Source of the DNA: Macrostomum lignano
Taxonomy: Eukaryota
DNA: 64,000 nt
Assembly: GCA_002269645.1 (NCBI GenBank)
Contig: NIVC01000525.1
Coordinates: forward strand, 518,395 to 582,394
Direction: 5' to 3'
The first letter of the stretch is position 1, and each line of letters opens with the position of its first letter. The notes under the pieces are model-generated. The model saw only the letters and a list, made by a program, of their open reading frames with translations, ran no database searches and had not been told where the DNA came from. This document shows, in pieces, positions 12,406 to 22,982 of the stretch. The translations under genes and the position numbers were made by a program.

Positions 12406-13019
12406 CAGAGCTTCCGCGTTGTCAGCAGTTCGTCGACCTCTGCTGTCTGGTTCCCGGCGTCCGCGAGGATTTGCGGCGTCGCCGCAGGCTTGCCTGGGCT
12501 GCCTGTGAGGGCAGTCCTGCAGTCTTACCTGACCGCCAGAGGGCGGCGATGTTCCAGGCGGTGATCGAGACTGTCCTGCTGTACAACGCCGAGACCTGGA
12601 CGCTGACGGAGTCGCTCGAGCAACAAGTTGACGCGGCGCACGCTGGCCTGCTGCGTGCCGCCTTCAAGATCGGCTACGAGCGAGTGACCAACGCGGCTTT
12701 GTATCTCCGCGCCGGCCTGGTCCGTCCAAGCGACCTGCTGCGCCGTCGGCGACTCCAGCTGGCCGGCCACATCATCCGCGCAAAGTCGTACTGCCCAGAG
12801 CCGGTGCAGGAGGTGCTGCTGCTAACCCTGCAGGCACCCTACCGGCGGGGGCAGGCGCGCACTCGGCGTTTCGTCGACTGCCTACTGGCTGACGCCGGCG
12901 CCTCGGATTCGGGCGGCGGCTTGGCGTTCATTGGCGACCTGGCCTTGAAGCGCGCCCTGTGACGCTAACCTGCGTATTCTGTTGTAGAGCCCTAAAAAAG
13001 TCCGTACCCCCCCCCCCCC

Positions 13020-13780
13020 AGCTTGGTCCGGGGCGCCCGCCAGCATCAGTCAAAAGCCGGTCAGGAAGTCTCGCCGTTCGCCCGTGGCCTCGCCTGCGCG
13101 GTCCCTGCAGCTTGAGCAGCAGCCTTCGTGTAGCGGCTCGGGGCCGGCCTCCGACCAGATGACGTGGCCAGCCAGTCGAAGTCGTCGACCGCGCAGCCCA
13201 GCCAGAACGCCGCATCAGGTGGGCCCTTGCGTAGAGCGCTGCATTTTATTAGTCTCGCTGCCTGGACCGCTGCGCACTCCGAACACCGCACGCAGCATGG
13301 CCGGATGCGCAGCATTCAAGCTGCTTCTCCAAGGCGTCCATGTCAGGGTCCAGGTCTCGATCGTTGTACAACAAGATAGTCTCAACGTCTACCTGAAACC
13401 CCTGAGCCCATCACCTGCCTCAGAATGGAGCACGGAGCGCACAGAACGAAACGCGGTCCAGGCCAGTCCTCGTCGTCTCACTAAGGTCGTCGGCAACGTC
13501 TGGCACGAGGCCGCCAAGGTACAGGAACCGCTGGCTAAGCATGATTGCATCCCCGGCGGCGTAATTGATCCCGGCAGGCAGGTCGGAGAGTGAAGACTAC
13601 CGTCTTCTGCGCGTTCTGGGAGGAGGAGCTAGGTGGCCCACTTCGATCGAAGAGGAGCGTGTACCACCAGCACTGGCAGAGAGGAAGAGCACTGGAGGCG
13701 ATCGAGGAGAAGGGGCAGCTTGAGGCCGACTCGCGATGCTCGCGATGTCAGGCCATCCAGCAGCCGCTAAGCGCCTTCAG
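13020..13780 (-). mobile_element. Divergent RTE-like LINE fragment (RT C-terminal region), different subfamily
   Basis: Minus strand gives QNAQKTVVF, VETILLYN, ETWTLT, AMLRAVFG and LLLKLQGPRRRGHGRTARLPDRLLTDAG, homologous to the C-terminus of the 872-aa ORF but much more diverged and frameshifted. Confidence 0.75.
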
Positions 13781-14430
13781 ACTTCAAATCAGAAATCAGA
13801 CTTCAGTATACTTCTATTTTACCAGTGGCTTTCGCGATGCTTTTAGTGGGCATGCTTTTTACAAGTCTCATCATTATTTATAAACAATACGCACGAATTT
13901 TCTGCACCTTAAGCCCTCGATAGTATATATATTGGCCAACTTCGAAGATGCACTGTGATTCAGTCTGTATATTTAATTATAAATCAAAACATGCCCTGCA
14001 CACATAAAACAATTGCCCTTCTGTACACATACACGCAGATTAAGACTCGACTGGATTATAGCATGCACACATGCAGATGACAAAAGATTCCTGAACGAGT
14101 ACAAGTACGAGTACTATAAGTAGTATATTTTATGCTGGACACGTATTAAATATCAATATATAATACCGATTAATAACTCAAAGTATTTTTGTTAGTGCTT
14201 TTGCAAAAAGTAAACTATAACTTCATTTTAACAAAAAAATTTACCGAATATAAATGGGCAAATAAATATTCCAGTTTGTAATCCAAATACGGGAAAAAAA
14301 TTTGATAGAAATTAAACGACTCATAAAAATATAAAAATCAGGAATAAAAGATTAAAATAGTTACTCCAGGGTGTAGTACTGTATATATAGGTGTACAAAG
14401 TCCCAGCCAACATTTATGAAATTGCGTCAC

Positions 14431-15092
14431 TCAAATATGCCGCACAAAATCGCAGCTATAATGATGCAGCACAAAGTCCAGCTGGTAGCGCACAGGCTCC
14501 AGCCCGGCTGCTGCATCGCACAGACCTTCGTCCAGCGACGACTGTCCGCCGTCCTCCGACATCCGCCGCAGCACCGGCCGCAGTCTGGTTCGCTGAATGC
14601 ACCGGCCAGACCGGGCCAAGTTGATCAGTTCCGGGTCGTATCCGTATTTCCAATAAGATTCGTTTAGCGCCACGGGATCTGTGCACAGGCAGCGCTTGTG
14701 CACAATAAACGGTGGCTCCATTGTCACGCTGTCGTCGATCTCCGGCTCGCTAACAGTGGGACAGAGGCTGGTGCCCTCAATCTGATGATTGTCAAGCATC
14801 TGGCTAAACGAATGCGTGCCATCCAGGCTGCTGCACTTTATTGGCAAATCTGGCCAGTCCAGCGTGTTCAGGTTGGTTTTCCATGTCTTGCTGACGTTCA
14901 AGTAGGTTCGAATCCTATCAGCCAATTGGCTGGCGTTGGCTTTGCTGAAGCAGAGAACGATGCTGCTGTCCTGCGGCAGCTGCAGGCCTGACAGAGCCAA
15001 TGGCAGGGCCATGGCGGCAGACCAGCAGCAGCAGGAGAAGAAGACAGCAAGCAGGACAGTTGGGGCAAGCTGGCTGAGTTTAGTAGTGCCTC
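14431..15092 (-). CDS. IL-17-like secreted cystine-knot protein, exon 2
   Basis: Acceptor TTCCTCCCACACACCACAG|GA at 15092, in phase with exon 1; hydrophobic signal peptide LAPTVLLAVFFSCCCWSAAMA; C-terminal SLCP...EPPFIVHKRCLC...C...PVLRR...C...YQLDFVLHHYSCDFV resembles the IL-17 family pattern; stop 14431-14433. Confidence 0.72.
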
Positions 15093-15132
15093 CTGTGGTG
15101 TGTGGGAGGAAAGTGCGTTCCGTCAGCAAACC

Positions 15133-15530
15133 AGGGGCGTCCCAAATCTGCAGTTGCTACGGACGCCAAAACCTATAGTTACTATAGGGATGCACAAATC
15201 TGCAGTTGCTAGGGACGCCAAAATATACAGTTACTATAGGGGCGCCCAAATCTGCAGTTGCTATAGGGTCGCCATAGTTACTATAGGGGTGCCCAAATCT
15301 GCAGTTGATTGGGCCCAAATCTGCCGTTTCTAGGGGTGCCCAAATCTGCAGTTGCTAGGGACGCCATAGTTACTATAGGGGTGCCCAAATCTGCAGTTGA
15401 TTGGGCCCAAATCTGCCGTTTCTAGGGGTGCCCAAATCTGCAGTTGCTAGGGACGCCCAAATCTGCAGTTGCTAGGGACGCCCAAATCTGCAGTTGCTAG
15501 GGGCGCCTAAATCTGCAGTTGCTAGGAGCG
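15133..15530. repeat. Compound tandem repeat (CCCAAATCTGCAGTTGCTAGGGACG core) filling the IL-17-like intron
   Basis: More than ten imperfect copies of the CCCAAATCTGCAGTTG core with interspersed ATAGTTACTATAGG blocks. Confidence 0.9.
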
Positions 15531-15585
15531 GCAAAATTTATTTTTAAAAAATTAACAAAACTCAACCGATATGCTCTTTGCTCAC

Positions 15586-15595
15586 CTGTTTTCAT
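15586..15595 (-). CDS. IL-17-like gene, coding exon 1 (ATG AAA ACA G)
   Basis: ATGAAAACAG|GTGAG donor; phase 1 joins exon 2 to give a continuous 223-aa ORF (672 nt including stop). Confidence 0.62.
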
Positions 15596-16581
15596 ATTGA
15601 CCGATTCGTGCAGTTCGAATAGGGAGTTATTCCAAGAAGTAATTATCCGTTAGTGTAGACGACCGGACTAATTAGTGAAGGATATTGAGTTTCACTAAGC
15701 CAGCACCTGCCCTCAATATATAGTCATTTTCAAGAGTAATTAACCACGCGTTATAATTCCATTCGTGAGTCAACTTTCGTTTTTTTCATTGGACTTTGCA
15801 ACGAGAATTAGTTAGAGCTAATTTTAAAGCAAAGTAAGACAGCTTCTAAATTTAGTTGCTGGGTTTGGAAATGCCCAAGGTATCAGTGGACTCTGGACAA
15901 TGAGCAACCCTATATAACCCTTTATCATCTGATACGCTTGGATCAGTTCGGTTGGATGATGAAATAAAAGGCTGGTGATAAATTGCTAACGAGAGAGTCT
16001 TGCCTTAAAACAGTGACTAATTCCGACTTTTTTGCAAAGAAAGATAAACAAATAAAAAAATGATACGAACTGACTATTTAAGCTACCTGGTTTTTTAGAT
16101 GCAATCTGTGAGCCTAAAATTTATATTATTAGATAAAGACTGCACGTGCTGCTTCACGGTGCAGGTCAGAATGATGCTACGCGTGTGGTCCCCCCCCCGG
16201 CCCCTAGCCGATATTCCATTTGCTGTGTCCAGATGCCATGATGTTGTACGCCCACACGGGTTTAAAAAGTCGCTATACGGGTGGTCCTCTTAACATGCGT
16301 GCGTAGCGCCTTTAACATAGCGACAAAAAATACTTGAAAACATTGCATAGCTGCACATGTGTTGAGCTGTATGTTGCTAATCTAAATTTATCAATTAATT
16401 TAGCTCGAACAAAAGTATAGAGGCTCCGGGCGGATGTGCTGTTCAGCTCCAGAGCCTGAGTCGGTGCGCACTAGATGCACGACCGGGTTACATCATTGCC
16501 ACTTTGAGGCTATTATATGTCATGTATAGTAAAATCGCCTAGGCGAATCTAATAACCCCCCCCATTATCGACGTAGTACAA

Positions 16582-16772
16582 ACGGGGTCGTTTTACAAAC
16601 CCGGAATTTCGGGTTTGTGAGATTTCGGGTTTGTGTATTTTTCGGCATTGTGAAAGAAACGGCATTTTGAGTTTTCGGTGTTATGAAATTTCGGTTTGGT
16701 GAAATTTCGGGTCTATAAAGTTCCCTGTTTTGTTGAAATTGTGAAATTTCGGGTTTTATGAAAGCGCCCCGT
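16582..16772. mobile_element. Possible MITE with internal AAATTTCGGGTTT repeats
   Basis: Imperfect inverted ends ACGGGGTCGTTTTACAAACCC / GGGTTTTATGAAAGCGCCCCGT; no convincing TSD. Confidence 0.4.
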
Positions 16773-18493
16773 AGAAAACAAAAGACAATTGAAGTTTTAT
16801 GATGGGTTTCGGCCTTTTCGGCTCCTTTGGGGAAGCCTTCGGGCCTCAGATCTGTTTTGTCTGTTTGGCAAAGCCACTCTCTCGTTCCCTGAAGTTCCGC
16901 TTTTGTCTATGTCCTATCTCTCTGCAGGCATTCTAGAGCATAGAATACCGCTCCCTTTTTTTGTTTCCCCCAAACATCGAGGGGACGTTCGCTAAACTAA
17001 AGAACGCCAAGCAGTTCGCCAGCATTGACCTGCGATCAGCTTATTGGCAGATTGAGTTAGATGAGGCGGCTCGTGATCTGTCCGTGATAAATACCTCACG
17101 TGGTCTGTACAGGGTGAATCGATTGCAAATGGGTATGAAGAACGCCTCTTTCATTTTTCAGCCCAAAATGGAGGCCATTCTATCCGACTTGAAAGGGCTG
17201 CTGATTTACCAAGATGACATTCTTGTATTCGCTGATAACCATGACTCCTTGCAGAAGCGTCTAATGGCAGTCAAGAAACGTCTGGAGGAGAAGCTCGTTA
17301 CCATCAACGAGGCTAAGTGCATTGACTACTGTGACGAGATTTCTTTCCTTGGCTTCAAGATCTCCGCTGCTGGCATTCAACCTGATAATCGCCTCGTTGA
17401 AAAGGTTCGCCAAATCGCTACGCCCGTAAACAAGCAAGAGGTATCGCAGTTTCTGGGTGTCGTCAACTTTTTCGGCCGACTAATCCCAGATTGCACCGCT
17501 AAAACACGCGCGTTAAACAACCTTCGTAAGGCTAGCACGGCGTTTGTCTGGGATTCCAGTTGCTCTGAGAAATTTGAAAATCTGAAGCCTGAGATAAGCT
17601 CCGCTCCTGTTATAAGGCCGTACAGTTTAGAGAAACCTGTCACCTTGACTACCGATGCCTCCAAAGGTGCCGTGGCTGGCGTACTCACGCAGGAAGGAGA
17701 AACCTGTCACCTTAACTACGCTCTCTCTCTCTGTCTGTCTCTCTCTCTCTCTCGACAGCCAGCACGATCGCAGCATCTAGCAATGAGCCCACGGCAAGCA
17801 CGAGCACGGAGACCAACGCCGACTCGGTAGTGGACGGCGGCGCGACGACCATCGGGGACGTGGCAGCGAGCGCCGATGCGACGATCAGCAACGACCCCTC
17901 AGCGGCTGCGGTTGCGGCTTCGGACGGCAATCCGGCGGCAGGCGGGACCACCGAAGTCGCCTCACCTGAGAACGGCTGCACGTCGGCAGCTGACGACCTC
18001 TTTGTGACCCCGCCTCTTCCACGGGTGGGACTGCCTGCTTCACCTGCCAAACGCCGCTTACCATCGCCGGACTCTGAAGACTCCCCTGGTGGTCCGGAAC
18101 GCCACAGGCCGCATCTGAATGACTCACCCAGCACCTTTGAGCAACCTGTTTCGCTCATCATCAGCAGGGACTGCCGGAACCTGGTACTCTGCCCAAAGAC
18201 TTTCGAGGGCCTCAAACTGCCGGCAATCACAGAGGTACATGAGTACTCACTGTCAGCCTTACCATCTCTACTGTGGTCGGCTGCCCTGCGGAACCGGCAA
18301 TGCGCTCGGTCAACGGTGCTGGTCCTGCCGGACGAGCTGTTTAGCACAGACCACTGGCGAGAGTCGCTCTCTGAGGCTATCGATCTACTGAGAGCGGACA
18401 GTCTGGCACGTAAGATTCTTCTGGTTCCGCCCTTTGCCAGCGGTGAAGAATTGACTCAAATTCTGAGTAAGAAACTCTCACCTGTTACTCTTA

Positions 18494-20813
18494 TTGCCTC
18501 TCCTCCTCTTAAACCAATTGTATCCTTCTCAGCGCCTGACTTTATTCTGGCGCTGCAGCTTCCTGGCTGAGAACTTTAAACTAGCTGACTACTGTAGGCC
18601 TCCCAAACTGGAAGGCAACATTTTAAATCTACACCCCACCTTCAAACTCTCCGAGTCTGAGACGAGGCTGCTAGATAGGGGACTCAATTTTATCCCAACC
18701 CAAGCCCTTGATTTCGATGATCTGAGGAACTGCATGACGGAATTTCATCGTAAACTTTTCTGGAAAGACTTTTTCAAAAAGAGGGGTCTCGCCAATAGCA
18801 GCCCGCCCCCCTTCACCGGGAAATCAGGGAAGGAGGTTCCCCTCAGACTTAGAAGGGATGAGTGCAACCTATTGGTACTTGAGAACCAAAAACTGGTAGA
18901 GAATTTGACAACGGTACAGATCAAAGGCAACCTAGAGGCACCAGAGACCAGGGCGATTCAGAGGCTCAAGCGAAACAGCTCCGTCCTTATAAAAAAGGCG
19001 GACAAAGGCAACGCAGTGGTCATCATGCACCCTAAGGACTACGAATTTGCAGCCTACAACCAACTGTTTGACACTGATGTCTATCAACAGCTGGACCAGC
19101 CATTGCAACCCGAGACTGCGGAACTTATTAGGGGGATCTTCCTAAATTTATGTAACAGAAAGTTCATATCTAAGAAAAAGTGTGCATTTCTTTGTCCCGG
19201 AGAGAACTTCCGTCCCCGGCATTTCTACCTGCTCCCAAAAATTCACAAGGACCCGGCCACCTGGCTGATCCCCTTTCGGGTCCCAGCAGGCAGACCTATT
19301 GTTAGCGGATGCAGTTCTGAAGCAATTGGGGCAGAAAAGTACATAGACTTCTTTCTAAAACCGATTGCCCAAGCGCAACCCACTTTCATTAAGGACTCCT
19401 ATGACTTCAAGGCACACCTTATGGATAAAAGCTGCACGGAAGGTTCGACTCTGGCAACTTGTGATGTCCAGAGTCTGTACTCCATGATCCCAATAGATCA
19501 GGGCATTGCAGCGATCCAGGAATTCTTTAACCGATACCCAGATCCCGTTAGACCGGATGCTGAGTTAATAAAGCTACTGGAATTGTGTTTTGTACAGGAA
19601 TGACTTTGAATTTGACAAAATGATTTTCCTACAACTTAGAGGCACAGCCATGGGGCGCATATTTGCGCCCAGCTATGCCTGTCTCTTCATGAGCCTCTGG
19701 GAGGAAACTGCCCTGAGAACTGCTCTTTATAAGCCGAACATCTATTTTAGGTACATAGATGATATCTTCATTCACTGGGATCACCCGGCTGAAGCTCTGA
19801 CAGAATTTGTTGTACACCTAAATTCAATCAACCCCAACATCAAACTCACCGTCAGCTCCTCATCAACTGAGGTCAGTTTCCTTGACATGACCATCAGGAA
19901 AGCTGAAAACCGCTTCACAACACAACTGTTTTCAAAAGAAACAGACACCCATAGATTGTTGCACCGACAGTCCTTCCATCCGTCACACACCTTCAAGGGG
20001 GTAGTAAAATCCCAAATCCTTCGGTACGCTCGTATCTGTGATGACTACAAGTCTTTCAACGATGCTTTCAATTCTTTAAAATCGGAACTTAAGCAATTAG
20101 GCTACTCGAAGATTTTTCTTAAAAACTGCAAAAAGGATGTCCTCATACTTATGAACTGGACTGCGGGACCAACGACCAATCTGGGTCTGCTTCCCAAAGG
20201 GTTCCATCCCTGTGGGTCATCCCGCTGCAAATGCTGCACCCACTCACCGCCTGCTCTCTCCGCCCAGGGACTGAAACCGGCTTCTGGTTTTTTAATCTCT
20301 CAGAGCCTGTCCTGTGGCTCCAAGAGCATCATCTATGGCATCTCCTGCAACCAGTGCCACCCTGGGAAAATCTTCTATGTAGGGATGACTAGAAGAACAA
20401 TGAGAGATAGAATGAACCAGCACAGGTCAAATATTAACAGGAAAGTCGTTACTTCGGGGTCAGAGCACTTTCTCACCCCCAATCACTCGATTGCAAACTT
20501 TGTCTCCATTGCTATCGAACAAGTTCTTAATAACAACAAAATCGAACTAAGGGAAGAAATCTGGATTAAAAAACTAGGGACTGACAAACCGCCAGGTACG
20601 AACATCAGGGTCGACAATCATCTTCTCCGACCCATCCCAATGGTCCTTCCTTTTCACCCATCTACGGTCTGGCTTGCCAACGAGATTGCTAAAAACTTTG
20701 ATAAGCTACAAAATAAACCAGGCTCCCGCATAATGCCCGCATTTCCACGGCAACGTAACTTACAGAGCCTCCTGGCTCCCAATAAGTTCAAGTCTCAGCC
20801 AGGAAACATTTAA
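18494..20813 (+). CDS. Penelope-like RT plus GIY-YIG endonuclease, one frameshift at about 19590
   Basis: Two overlapping ORFs join into a continuous RT-EN if one T is removed from the run in TGTTTTGTAC. Confidence 0.88.
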
Positions 20814-21200
20814 TCATTTTAACCAATGCGCTATTTTTACCCTATTGAAGTACAATATTTATTCACTTTGTCATTTATTTTATTTTATTCAAACTGCTTA
20901 ATTGTACACTCAATATTGATTTTTATGCTCCTACCCCCAATAACGGCATTTCATCTAATCGTATAGTATCGCATATCGTATAGCACTTAGCATATAGCAT
21001 AAAGCACTTCGAAATAACAATTTTTTTATAACAAATATACTGTCGTTTAAAGTTAATGGTGGAAAGCCTCTGGGGCAAGTTAGAGCTAGGCAAAACAGGG
21101 TTTTAAATGTACATCCCTCATATGTACAACTACTCATCAATTCTATCAGACTAAGAAAAATAATACTTTAAAGACCAACTTGAATTGCATGACACACAGA

Positions 21201-21250
21201 TTTTTTGGCCTGACGAAGAGCCCATGGGCTCGAAACCGGTAGCCCAGATT
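21201..21250 (+). ncRNA. Minimal type I hammerhead ribozyme of the Penelope-like terminal repeat
   Basis: TTTGGC-CTGACGA-A-GAGCC(CATG)GGCTC-GAAA-CCGG-TA-GCCCAGA: CUGANGA and GAAA cores, 5-bp stem II, palindromic CCGG stem III, GUA triplet, short stem I. Confidence 0.8.
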
Positions 21251-21298
21251 TAATTAATTATTTTTTAAAAACGCCGTGACCTCTCTTCTCTCTCTCTC

Positions 21299-21375
<77 letters not shown>

Positions 21376-22466
21376 ACTCCGACCTCCGGCCGCCCACAGG
21401 TGGCCGGGTCGGGGCCGCTCTGCCGCCTGGATCGTCGATAGGCGGTTCCTGGCGGCCATCATCAGCCGCTACTTCGCCTCCTTGGTGGCAAGGTGCCCAT
21501 GCACACCTCGGCTAGAATTGGTCGCTGGGCGCTTGCACTTATGCAGTTTGACTTCGAAATTCAATATGTTATTGGTCCTCAAATTCCCCATACCGACGCA
21601 CTATCCCGCCTGCGTTTCACTAAAGCGTCGCCCGATCTCAAAGGAAATTTCTGATACGATCCACTGTGTGGTATTCGAAACATCAACCATTGACTCTACG
21701 CGTATACTGGCAGAGATGGATTTTGACCCTCTTGTTCACAAGATAATTCAGCGCGGTGCGCTCTGGAGACTGGTCGAAGTGCTCTCAGGCGGAATCCCCA
21801 TTAAAAAAAGTCGCTGATCGCCTTACCATGGAAACCGTCCTGCTATTCAAGCAGAGACACATCTTTATTCCGCCTCGCCTACGTTTCAAGGCCTAACAAC
21901 ATTATACACGACACTCACTTGGGCGCGCAGGTCTCTTACAATCTACTAGCCTCATCGTGTTGGATTGGTGGCCTGGGATGCGGCTTGATTCCTTTCCAGC
22001 GGATCCACATATAGATCGGGTGTATGTAAAGGACATTGGAAATATCCTAATTGTAGTCTATACGTTTTCAGGATGGATAGATCGAGCGTTTCCGTCGCGT
22101 GACAGATCAGGAGATAGTGTTGTTCGGTCTCTGATTACCGTATTTTCTCGATTTGGTGTACCTTAACTACTCTTGTCGGACAACGCACTGGGTTTACTGG
22201 TGATCCCTTATCCTCATTCCTACGCTCCAAAGGCGTTCGGAAATTGGAGTCTCCTACTTACTACCCTCAGGCGAATGGATCGGCGGAGCGAGCAGTTCGT
22301 ACTGTCAGGACAGCGTTGAGGGCATGGACCGAGCGCGTCACCCACTTGGAGTTTCTCCGCTTTTTTCAGGAAATACTTTTCCACCATCGCAATTTGTCAA
22401 TGTCGCGAGGTAAATGCCCGGCGGAATTGGTCTTTGGCAGACGATTGCGCGTGCCCGTGGTCTCAA

Positions 22467-22982
22467 CTACATATCGTGCAGTTGGAGCTGGGTTTTCAGA
22501 TGTTTTGACGCAAAAAACGCAAATTATACTACTATCTGAAAATGAAGTAAGTAGTATATAAAAACGCTATCCTAAGTGTGATATGTTTAAATATTCATAT
22601 GTACATTAATCCATATACATTAATCCATGTACTCACAATGCACATTAATCCCCAAATTGTATCTGTACATGTATATCCCAATTCTATATGTACACAGTAC
22701 ATACTTCTGCATTAATTAATCTACATGTACAGCGTCATCCCCAGACGGTCCGCGCGCACCAAGATTACATGTACAACTCGAAACCCTACTACATGTACAG
22801 TTGCACGCAGAGGTGAGAATTACTGTACTATCTCATCTACAAATAGTTTCGTCAGGACGCGCTGAAACGTCTTGTCTATATTGATCGTGTGTATGGTACA
22901 AGACGCCTTGTCGCGCCTGAACTGAAACGCGTGTACGGGGCCTGCAGCAGGCCTTATGGCTATAAGCCTTATGGATATGTAG
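22467..22982. mobile_element. 516-bp insertion with 9-bp TIR and degenerate 8-bp TSD inside Gypsy integrase
   Basis: CTACATATC...GATATGTAG; flanks GGTCTCAA / TGTCTCAC (6/8); removal restores VPVVSTFVQGE. Confidence 0.6.

Larger units (their letters stand above)
7389..12984 (+). mobile_element. RTE-like non-LTR retrotransposon, full-length but decayed and interrupted by three insertions
   Basis: Collinear with the copy at 31607-34698: APE endonuclease (GTLNCRTL, LQEV, LGDLNA, IDHVLV, SD-H) and RT (LGYADDL). Flanked by imperfect TSD TAGAGC(T)CCTAAAA at 7375-7388 and 12985-12997. Frameshifts, stops and internal deletions. Confidence 0.92.
17721..21480 (+). mobile_element. Penelope-like element with C-terminal GIY-YIG endonuclease (Neptune-like Cys linker; clade is inference)
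   Basis: ORFs 17830-18570, 18494-19603 and 19590-20813: LLDRGLNFIPT, KKADKGNAVV, GRPIVSG, DVQSLY, GTAMG, YFRYIDDIF, HPCGSSRCKCC, IYGISCNQC...YVGMTRRTMRDRMNQH. (CT)n tracts at both ends and a hammerhead motif at the 3' end. Outer boundaries approximate. Confidence 0.9.

Noticed and set aside
14358-14372. Fifth 28S-like copy (GGAGTAACTAT on the minus strand)
   Set aside because: Only 11 bp match with unrelated flanks; compatible with chance.
15093-15129. TTG start of the 232-aa ORF as the real N-terminus
   Set aside because: A phase-compatible upstream ATG exon and a good acceptor at 15092 explain the gene better; this stretch is intronic in that model.
22850-22940. Second hammerhead ribozyme (CTGACGA on the minus strand, GAAACGCGT on the plus strand)
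   Set aside because: Core motifs are on different strands or lack a stem II between them.
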